DNA from: an uncultured Candidatus Binatia bacterium | GTDB taxonomy: Bacteria; Desulfobacterota; Binatia; UBA9968; JAJDTQ01 | DNA length: 64,000 bases | NCBI GenBank assembly: GCA_965242525.1 | Contig: OZ251459.1 | Location: forward strand, 1,056,001-1,120,000 | Direction: 5' to 3' | In this document: positions 19,034-27,822 of the stretch, piece after piece | Position numbering within the stretch: position 1 is the stretch's first letter | Layout of the letters: every line of letters starts with the position of its first letter | Program-made: the position numbers and the translations under genes | Notes under the pieces: model-generated | Told to the model about the DNA's origin: nothing | Seen by the model: only the letters and a program-made list of their open reading frames with translations | The model's database searches: none

Positions 19034-20431
19034 ATGCCGATGACGGAGTTCCTCTACCTTGCGCTGGGGCTTGCCGCGGGCGCGGTCCTCACCTGGATGG
19101 CCGCCCGGTCGCGGCAGGCCGCAACGGCCCGCGAACTGGTGGCGCGGCAGGACGAGGTCCGACGGGAACGGGAGCGGGCCGAAGCCGCCCGGGCCGAGGC
19201 GCGTGAGCTCTCGGAGGCCAGGGCCCGGGCCGAGCAGCGGGCGGACCGGGTCCCGGGTCTGGAGGACGAGCTTCGGAACGCCCGGGAGACGTGTCAACGC
19301 CTGGAGGTCCGGGCCGCGGAGAGCGCCAAGGAGCGGGAGGCGGACGCGGAGAAGCTCCGCTGGGTGGAGACGGCCGAGGAGAAGCTGAGGGAGGTGTTCC
19401 AGGCGCTGGCCTCCCGGTCGCTCCGGGACAACACCGACGGGTTCCTGAAGCAGACCCGGGAACAGATGGGACGGCTGCTCACCGAGGTGCGGGGCGACTG
19501 GGGCGCGCACAAGGAAGAGCTGCGCAACCTGGTGGACCCCCTCGGCAAGAGCGTGCGCCAACTGGACGTCCAGGTGCAGCAGATGGAGCAGAAGCGCGAG
19601 GGCGCCTACCAGGGACTCCAGGAAGGGTTGCGCCAACTGGCGCCGCTGGCCCAGGCGTTGCGGGCGGCGCCCGCGGCGCGAGGCCGCTGGGGCGAGTTGC
19701 AGCTCCGCCGGGTGGTGGAGATGGCCGACATGGTCTCCCACGTGGATTTCGAGGAACAGGCGGCCACGGATGGCGGCCGCCCCGACATGATCGTCCGCCT
19801 GCCCAACCGGGGGATCCTGCCTGTGGACTCCAAGACCCCCATGCAGCACTACATGGACGCCATGGAGGGGGCCGAGGGGGAAGGGCGCGAGCGCAAGCTC
19901 AGGGAGCACGCCAGGGCCGTCCGCAACCGCATACGCGAGCTGCGCGACAAACGGTACTGGGAGCAGTTCGAGCGCGCCCCGGAAGTGGTGGTGATGTTCG
20001 TCCCCAACGACGCCTGCCTGGGCGCGGCCTTCGAAAGGGACTCGGACCTGTTGGAGTACGCCATGCAGCAGCGCGTGCTGCCCACCACCCCGGTGACCCT
20101 GCTGGCCCTCCTGAAGACCGTGGCCTACGGCTGGCAGCAGCACACGGTGGCGGAGAACGCCCGGGCCATCGCGGAGCAGGGGAAGGCCCTGCACGACCGC
20201 CTGGCCAAGTTCGTGGAGCACTTCCAGCGCGCCGGAAACGGACTGGAAGGCGCGGTCAGGGCCTACAACGACGCGGTGGGCTCGCTGGAGAGCCGCCTGT
20301 TCCCCGCGGCCCGGCGACTCAAGGAGATGGGCGCGGCCAGCGACGACCTATCCCTGCCGCCCACCGTCGACCGCGCCGTGCGCGCCCCCGGACAACTCAC
20401 CCTGACGGGCACGGACGACGAAGAACCATAA
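19034..20431 (+). CDS. rmuC: DNA recombination protein RmuC
   Basis: N-terminal TM and coiled coil; motifs RGRWGELQL, RPDMIVRLP, VDSKTP, TPVTLLALL. Confidence 0.9.
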   Translation: MPMTEFLYLALGLAAGAVLTWMAARSRQAATARELVARQDEVRRERERAEAARAEARELSEARARAEQRADRVPGLEDELRNARETCQRLEVRAAESAKEREADAEKLRWVETAEEKLREVFQALASRSLRDNTDGFLKQTREQMGRLLTEVRGDWGAHKEELRNLVDPLGKSVRQLDVQVQQMEQKREGAYQGLQEGLRQLAPLAQALRAAPAARGRWGELQLRRVVEMADMVSHVDFEEQAATDGGRPDMIVRLPNRGILPVDSKTPMQHYMDAMEGAEGEGRERKLREHARAVRNRIRELRDKRYWEQFERAPEVVVMFVPNDACLGAAFERDSDLLEYAMQQRVLPTTPVTLLALLKTVAYGWQQHTVAENARAIAEQGKALHDRLAKFVEHFQRAGNGLEGAVRAYNDAVGSLESRLFPAARRLKEMGAASDDLSLPPTVDRAVRAPGQLTLTGTDDEEP

Positions 20432-21571
<1,140 letters not shown>

Positions 21572-21584
21572 GGGGGTTGGCGCC

Positions 21585-23852
21585 ATGAAGATCGTCGGCA
21601 CGCCGCGGAACCGCATCGAGGGGGTCGAGAAAGTCACCGGCGCGGCCAGGTTCTCCGGCGACCTGGACATCCCCGGCGTCCTGGACGCCCGGGTCCTGCG
21701 CAGCCCCTTTCCCCACGCCCGCATCGCCTCCATGGACGCGGCCCCGGCCCTGGAGGCCCCGGGGGTGGTCGCCGTGCTCTGCCGGGACGACCTGGAGGGC
21801 ATGGACCCCTACTACGGCCACTGCCTCCGGGACCGGCCCATCGTGGCCATGGACCGGGTGCGCTACGTGGGCGAGCCGGTGGCCGCGGTGGCGGCCCGGG
21901 ACAAGCTCGCCGCGGAGGAAGCCCTCTCCCTCATCCGGGTGGACTACGAAGAACTCCCGTGCGTGGCCTCCATGGACGACGCCCTGGCCCCCGGGGCGCC
22001 GGTACTGCACGAGGACCCCGCGGGATCCGGGGACTTCCACGACGTCCAGCTCTCGGACACCCGGGAGCACGCCAACGTCTGCCACCACGAGCACATGGAG
22101 GTGGGCGACGTGGACCGGGGCTTCGCGGAGGCCCACGAGGTCTTCGAGGACGTGTTCCGTTTCCCCATGGTGTGCCACTACTCCATGGAGCCCCACACCA
22201 CCGCGGCGCAGGTCCGGGGGAGGCAGGTGACGTTGTGGTCCGCCTCCGCGCACCCGTTCCTCATCCGCTCGGAGCTCGCCCGGCTGTTCGGCCTTTCCAT
22301 GACCGACGTGCAGGTGGTGGTGCCCTACGTGGGCGGGGCCTTCGGCGGCAAGTCGTACCTCAAGATCGAACCCCTGGTGGTGGCGTTGGCGCGCAAGACC
22401 CGGGGACTTCCGGTGCGCCTGGAACATTCGGCCGCGGAGTCCATGTTGACCGCCCGGCGCCACTCGGCCCGGTGCCGGATCAAGACCGGGGTCAAGCGCG
22501 ACGGCGCCATCGTGGCCCGGGAAGTGGAAATCCACCTGGACACGGGCGCGTACGCGGACAACGGCCCGCGGGTGGTGGCCCGGGCGGTGCTGCGGGTGCA
22601 CGGGGCCTACCGGTGCGCGAACTTCCGTTCCGACAGCTACGGCGTCTATACCAACTCGGTGCCCGCGGGGTCCATGCGCTCCATCGGCGGCCCGCAATCG
22701 GTGTGGCCGGTGGAAGCCCAGATGGACCGCATTGCCGAGAGCCTGGGGCTCGACCCACTGGAGTACCGCATGGCCCAGTTGCTCGGCCGCGGCGAGCGCA
22801 TCCGGCCGGGTTCCCGGGGCATGGACTGCGACCTGCGCCAGGGCCTCGCCGCCGCGGCCGCAATGGTCCGGCGGTCCGGCGCGCCGAACCCCGGCGCCGG
22901 CGTGGGTCTCGCCGTGGGAATCACCGACAGCGAGGCCAACCCCGTGTCCACCGCCATCGTCCGGCTGTTGAGCGACGGCAGCGCGGTGGTCATGGCCGGC
23001 AGCACCGAGGTAGGGCAGGGGGCCCGCACGGTGCTGAGCCAGATCGCCGCGGAAGAGCTGTGCGTCCCGTTCGAGCGCGTGAGCCTGCGGGGCACGGACA
23101 CCCATACCACCCCGTTCGACCGCTCCACCGGGGCCAGCCGCTCCACCACGGTCATGGGCACCGCTGTCAGGTTCGCCGCGGCCGACGTCCGCGGCCAGCT
23201 CAGGGCCATTGCCGCGGAGCAGTTCGGGACCGACCTCGACAACGTGGCGCTGGAGGACGGCGCGGCCCGGTGCGGCGAGGCGCGGAGGAGTTTCGCCGAG
23301 GTGGTGGCCGCGTACTTCGGAATGCCCGGCGGCGAGCTCATCGGACGCGGCTACGTGCGGGCCGGGGGAGGGATCTCGCCGGTGCTGCCTATCTTCTGGG
23401 AGGTGGGCATCGGCGGCGCGGTCGCGTCCGTGGACGCGGACACCGGCCAAGTGACGGTGCAGCGCTACGCCAGCGTGGCCGACGTGGGCAAGGCCATCAA
23501 CCCCCGACAGGCCGAGGGACAGGACGAAGGGGCCGCGGTCATGGCCCTGGGGCACACCCTGTTCGAGTCCCTGCTCTATTCGGGCGGGCAGCCCCTCAAC
23601 CCCAACCTGGTGGACTACCGGGTGCCGGGGTTCGAGGACGTGCCGCGCGCCTTCGAGTCGCGCCTCATCGAGAACGGCGACGGGCCCGGCCCCTACGGGG
23701 CCAAGGGCATGGGCGAAGGCGGGATCATCCCGGTGGCGCCCGCGGTCTGCAACGCGGTGGCCCGGGCCAGCGGGGTGGTCGTCCGGGAGTTGCCCCTGAC
23801 CCCGGAACGGGTGTGGCGGGCGTTGCGCGCAGCGTCCGCGGAAGGCGGGTGA
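21585..23852 (+). CDS. Xanthine dehydrogenase-family molybdopterin-binding large subunit
   Basis: Motifs KVTGAARF, RSPFPHA, VGGAFGGK, EVGQG, GAKGMGE, LPLTPERV. Confidence 0.9.
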   Translation: MKIVGTPRNRIEGVEKVTGAARFSGDLDIPGVLDARVLRSPFPHARIASMDAAPALEAPGVVAVLCRDDLEGMDPYYGHCLRDRPIVAMDRVRYVGEPVAAVAARDKLAAEEALSLIRVDYEELPCVASMDDALAPGAPVLHEDPAGSGDFHDVQLSDTREHANVCHHEHMEVGDVDRGFAEAHEVFEDVFRFPMVCHYSMEPHTTAAQVRGRQVTLWSASAHPFLIRSELARLFGLSMTDVQVVVPYVGGAFGGKSYLKIEPLVVALARKTRGLPVRLEHSAAESMLTARRHSARCRIKTGVKRDGAIVAREVEIHLDTGAYADNGPRVVARAVLRVHGAYRCANFRSDSYGVYTNSVPAGSMRSIGGPQSVWPVEAQMDRIAESLGLDPLEYRMAQLLGRGERIRPGSRGMDCDLRQGLAAAAAMVRRSGAPNPGAGVGLAVGITDSEANPVSTAIVRLLSDGSAVVMAGSTEVGQGARTVLSQIAAEELCVPFERVSLRGTDTHTTPFDRSTGASRSTTVMGTAVRFAAADVRGQLRAIAAEQFGTDLDNVALEDGAARCGEARRSFAEVVAAYFGMPGGELIGRGYVRAGGGISPVLPIFWEVGIGGAVASVDADTGQVTVQRYASVADVGKAINPRQAEGQDEGAAVMALGHTLFESLLYSGGQPLNPNLVDYRVPGFEDVPRAFESRLIENGDGPGPYGAKGMGEGGIIPVAPAVCNAVARASGVVVRELPLTPERVWRALRAASAEGG

Positions 23853-23891
23853 CCGCGGGCCTCCGGAACCTCCGCTCGACGTCCCTGTCCC

Positions 23892-24179
23892 ATGCGGTCG
23901 GCCATCGCTCTCGTCTGGTTCAGCCTCTTCTGGACCCTGCTCTGCTTCCTGTTCTACCGGGACAGGGCGTTGATCGTGCAAGCCAGCCTGCCCGTGTGGA
24001 TCGCCTCGGCCGCGGCTTGGCTCCTGTACCGCCTGGCGGCTTCCCTGCCCATGCCGTGGCGCCGGGCGCCGAAGCCGCGGGCCAGGAGGACCGCCAAGTC
24101 CAAACCCGCCCCCCGGACCCGCAGCCCGCGCCCGACCGCACGCGCCTCCACCGCCAAGCCGAGGAAGCGCAGGTCGTAA
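23892..24179 (+). CDS. Small two-TM hypothetical protein with a basic tail
   Basis: Two hydrophobic segments followed by an Arg/Lys/Pro-rich C-terminus. Confidence 0.5.
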   Translation: MRSAIALVWFSLFWTLLCFLFYRDRALIVQASLPVWIASAAAWLLYRLAASLPMPWRRAPKPRARRTAKSKPAPRTRSPRPTARASTAKPRKRRS

Positions 24180-24181
24180 AA

Positions 24182-24304
24182 AGGAGCCTCTGAACAATCG
24201 GAGGAGCATGAGCGCGTCCTTCGACTCCGCTTCGCTACGCTCAGGACGAACGGGGACAGGAGGGTCAGGGTGAGGGAACCCATCCCGGATGTCTCGATTG
24301 TTCA
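24182..24304 (+). mobile_element. MITE family A copy
   Basis: TIRs TGAACAATCG / CGATTGTTCA; right end interrupted by a family B element. Confidence 0.8.
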
Positions 24305-24414
24305 GGCTCTTCCGGCTTTCGTGTGGGCAAGGCAGGAGGGAAAGGGGAGCGACAGAGGCCACTCCGTCATTCCCGCGAAATTTCACTCCGTCATTCCCGC
24401 GAAAGCGGGAATCC

Positions 24415-24690
24415 ATTTTCATCGCTCTCGTTGTACAAACTTCTCCGGGTCGGATTACTCCTGGAACATCTGAACAATCCGGACAGGGGGCATGAGCGCG
24501 TCCTTCGACTTCGCTTCGCTACGCTCAGGACGAACGGGGATAGGGGCGTCAGGATGGAGGGAATCGGGAATCCACTCTGGATATCTCGATTGTTCAGAGG
24601 TTCCTCTTCTCGATCCACTCGATTTTCACGCCCGATTCCATTGGCGTGACACCGACATACATGCGCCATGAAGTTCGATGATGAGGGATG
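24415..24690 (-). pseudogene. Remnant of a small GIY-YIG (YhbQ/UPF0213-like) nuclease gene, split by a family A MITE
   Basis: Minus strand reads ..HGA-YVGVT / WNRA-KIEWIEK [MITE] SNPTRRSLYNE, resembling the family pattern GTLYVGVT...KWNRAWKIELIE..NP.WRDLY.E. Confidence 0.6.
24463..24604 (+). mobile_element. MITE family A copy nested inside a family B element
   Basis: TIRs GGAACATCTGAACAATC / GATTGTTCAGAGGTTCC. Confidence 0.85.
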
Positions 24691-24699
24691 GATTCCCGC

Positions 24700-24886
24700 T
24701 TTCGCGGGAATGACGGGGTGAGCGTCTACGGGAATGACGAAGTGGGCTTTTCGCGGGAATGACAAGGTAAGCGTCCGCGGGAATGACGAGGGTGGGCTTT
24801 TCGCGGGAATGATGGGGTAAGCGTCCGCGGGAATGACGCGGTGGGATTTGCGGGAATGACGGGAGTGGGCGCCTGCGGGGATGACG
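24700..24886. repeat. Tandem array of 8 units (period 23-26 bp), core GCGGGAATGAC
   Basis: GGGAATGAC-like cores start at 24706, 24730, 24755, 24779, 24805, 24829, 24852 and 24877. Confidence 0.9.
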
Positions 24887-24928
24887 GGGCGGCCGATGGC
24901 GCGGAGCCTCCGGGCGGCCGGCGTACGG

Positions 24929-25741
24929 TTACCGGTGGTTGGCCAGGAACTTGCGGATGGCGGCGTGGGCCGCGTCGGGGTTCGCGAAGAAGTAGCTGTG
25001 CTTCTCCCCTTCGAGAGCGACGAAGACCGCTCCGGGTATCTCCGCGGCGAGTACGTCCGCGGCCTGCCGCAACGAGGTGTCGCTGGTCACATGGTGCTCT
25101 TCCTCGCCCACGAGGATGAGGGTCGGCATACGGATGTCCTCCAGCCGGTCCCTGACGTCGTGCTGCTGCCGCGCGATGACGTGGCGGAAGTAGTGCTCCA
25201 CCGGGTTGAGACGGGCCATGCGCGCCTCCAGGTACCGCTCCACCCGTCCGGGATGCCGCCGGGCGAACTCGTCGGTGAAGCCCACGACCCTGCCGTGCTC
25301 CCTCACGTACCGCTCGTAGCCCCATTCCACCATCTCCGCGGCGATGCGCAGCGGAATGCCCCGGGTGTGGGGATAGAAGGCGCGGCCCGACGCGCAGACG
25401 AGGGCGGACACCCGGTGGGCGTGGTCCAGGGCCATCACCTGGGCCACCGAGCCGCCCATGGAGTGGCCGCAGACCACCGCGCCGCGGACATCCAGATGCT
25501 CCAGGACCGCGGCCGCATCATCGGCGAAGTCCTTGACGCCATAGGGTTCCGACGGCCAGTCCGAGCGCCCGACGCCCCGGTAGTCGCACAGTATGACCTG
25601 GTGGTCCCGGGAGAACTCCGCCACCTGGTGGAGCTTCCACACGTCGCAATGGCAGGCGGTCTCGCTCAGGAACAGCAGCGGGCGACCGGCGCCGTGGGTC
25701 TCGTAGTAGATCCTCGCGCCTTCCCTGTGGATGAAGGGCAT
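24929..25741 (-). CDS. Alpha/beta hydrolase
   Basis: Motifs IYYETHGAG, DYRGVGRS, GHSMGG, PTLILVG. Confidence 0.88.
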   Translation of the reverse strand: MPFIHREGARIYYETHGAGRPLLFLSETACHCDVWKLHQVAEFSRDHQVILCDYRGVGRSDWPSEPYGVKDFADDAAAVLEHLDVRGAVVCGHSMGGSVAQVMALDHAHRVSALVCASGRAFYPHTRGIPLRIAAEMVEWGYERYVREHGRVVGFTDEFARRHPGRVERYLEARMARLNPVEHYFRHVIARQQHDVRDRLEDIRMPTLILVGEEEHHVTSDTSLRQAADVLAAEIPGAVFVALEGEKHSYFFANPDAAHAAIRKFLANHR

Positions 25742-25749
25742 GAGGGCGC

Positions 25750-27199
25750 CTAAGGTTCCCGCACCGGGTAGCTCATGGGCGCCACGTCGTCGATGGTCTC
25801 CCCCAGGGCGCGCCATTGGGGGACCGAGTCCCACAGGGGCCCGGCCCCCTCCCGGATCCGGTCCAGCAGTTCGGCCTCGTCGAACCGGGTGGGACGGCCC
25901 TCCTCCAGCAGGGTCTGACCGTCGATGACGACGGTCTCCACGTCGCTGCCGCTGCCTCCCTCCACCAGCGACTTGATGGGATCGCGCACCGCGCCGAAGT
26001 GGGTCTGACGGAGGTCCACCACGATCAGGTCGGCCTTGGCGCCGGGGGCGAGCCGTCCCAGGTCGTCGCGCCCCAGGGCCCGGGCCCCTCCCAGCGTAGC
26101 CGCATCGTACACGTCCCGGGGCTTGCCCGCGCGGAAGCTCCCTTCCACGAGACGGCTGGCGAGCCCGGCCAGGCGCATCTCGTGCACCATGTCCTGTGGG
26201 AAGGTGTCCGTGCCCAGGGCCAGGTTGACGCCCCGTTCCCGGTACCGGTCGAAGGACTCCATGGCGATGCCCATCTTGGCGTACTTGTAGGGGGCGTGAG
26301 CCACGGAAGCGCCGCTGTCCGCCAGGATCGACAGGTCCTCCGAGTAGGGGTAGTGGCACCAGGAGTGCCGGGAGTGGAACACGCAGTGCCCCAGGATCAC
26401 CTCCTCGCCCAGGAAGCCCAGGTCGTGGAGGTAACGGATGGGCGTGACGCCGCGCTCCCGCAGCGTGGACTGGAACTCCACCACGTTCATGGCCGCGTGG
26501 AGCTGGATGCCGACGCCGAGTTCCCGGGCGGTCCGCCTGGTGGCCTGGAGGAGCTCGGGAGTGCAGGTGTCCAACTGTCCGGGGTAGAGCATGGCGCGCA
26601 CCCGACCGCCGTGCGCGCCGTCGTGCTCCCGGGCGTAGGTCTCGGCCCGGGCCAGCCCCTGCCTGCCGGCCTCCTCGTCCCAGTCCCACCGGATGCGTCC
26701 CCGGTCGTCGAGCACGTAGGCGGCGCTCCGGTAGCCCACCCCGAGGTAGGCGCGCACGCCCAGGGCGCCGACCATCTCGGTGAAACCCTCGATCATGGGG
26801 CCCCGGGTGCCCACGTCCAGGACGGTGGTGGCGCCCCCTCGCACCGCGGCCCACACGCCGAACTTGCCCTCCACGTCCGCCCGGGGGGGGCGGCCCCATG
26901 CCCTTGGCGTCCCGGCGCATGGCGCCGTAGGAGAGGAAGTTCATGCCCAGGTAGTCCGCCTTGCTGGCGTCGTTCAGCATCACGTGGCGGGCGTTGGCGC
27001 CGGCGTGGATGTGGCAGTTGACGAGGCCCGGACTCACCAGCCGGCCGCGGGCGTCGATGGTGCGGTCCACCGGCCCGTCGAAACCGTGGCCCACGTGGAC
27101 GATGCGGTCGTCCTCGTAAACCACCACGCCTTCGGGCAACAGTTCATGGCCGGCGCCGTCGTAGCCCACGACCCAGCCGCCTCGAACGAGAGTCTTCAT
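25750..27199 (-). pseudogene. Amidohydrolase (chlorohydrolase-like), frameshifted at a C8 tract
   Basis: The N-terminal part (PGLVNCHIH) and the C-terminal part (LHAA, LGHC, LGTD, GRLAPGAKAD) are in different frames that switch at the G8 run 26883-26890 (+ strand); the 1450-nt span is one base more than a multiple of three. Confidence 0.8.
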
Positions 27200-27242
27200 G
27201 GCGTTCCACCTCGACCCGCGGGATGTTGCGCGGCGTCCTCCG

Positions 27243-27616
27243 GGAACCTTCGCTCAGTCGGGACAGGGAGAGACGAGCGCGTCCTTCGACTTCGCTTCGC
27301 TACGCTCAGGACGAACGGGGTGGGGGAACCCATCCTCCCTGTCCTGATTATTCGGGCTCTTCAGGAATTCGTGTGGGTTGTGACACTCCCCTCCCGTCCT
27401 CCCCGCGAAAGCCTCGCTCCGTCATTCCCGCGAAAGCGGGAATCCATGCTCTCGTTGTACGAATTCTGGATTCCCGCCCCCGTTTCCGCGAGGACATGCT
27501 TTCGCGGGAATGACGAGAGTGGGCGGCTGCGGGAATGACGGGGTGATCCCTTTCGCTCCCCTTTCCCTGCTACCTTACCCATACGAAAGCCTGAAGCGCC
27601 ATTATTCGGAGTTTCC
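27243..27616 (+). mobile_element. MITE family A copy interrupted by a family B element
   Basis: Core at about 27277-27320; right end split by the duplicated ATTATTCG. Confidence 0.8.
27355..27600. mobile_element. MITE family B with ISL3-like ends and an 8-bp target-site duplication
   Basis: GGCTCTTCAGGAATTCGTGTGGGT...ACCCATACGAAAGCCTGAAGCGCC; ATTATTCG at both 27347-27354 and 27601-27608. Confidence 0.9.
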
Positions 27617-27636
27617 TCCCAATCGTTTCGACATTC

Positions 27637-27780
27637 GGAATCCCTGAACAATTGAGACATCCGGGATGGATTCCCGATTCCATCATCCTGACGCCCCCAT
27701 CCCCGTTCGTCCTGAGCGTAGCGAAGCGAAGTCGAAGGACGCGCTCATGCCTCCCTGTCCCGATTATCGGAGTTTCTTCC
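27637..27780 (-). mobile_element. MITE family A copy (inverted)
   Basis: Reverse-complement match to the 24463-24604 copy. Confidence 0.85.
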
Positions 27781-27822
27781 CGATCTTTCCGACGTTCCTG
27801 TAGTCCAGGGGGACGCATGCTG

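Larger units (their letters stand above)
24305..24890. mobile_element. MITE family B (GGCTCTTC end) with GTCATTCCCGCGAAAGCGGGAATCC palindromes, a nested family A copy, a GIY-YIG remnant and a tandem array
   Basis: Left end GGCTCTTCCGGCTTTCGTGTGGG; no right TIR found. Confidence 0.7.

Noticed and set aside
24270-24765. Small ORFs containing HSRESGNP / SFPRKRES / VIPAKAGI (also near 27.3, 30.2, 52.2 and 59.2 kb)
   Set aside because: They are translations of the palindromic repeats, not genes.
24700-24886. CRISPR array
   Set aside because: The constant part is only ~11 bp, the linkers are ~13 bp and repeat alternately, and there are no cas genes in the window.
24929-27199. Genuine 756-aa amidohydrolase-hydrolase fusion
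   Set aside because: The middle part is an out-of-frame, Arg/Gly/Pro-rich reading of the amidohydrolase caused by the frameshift.
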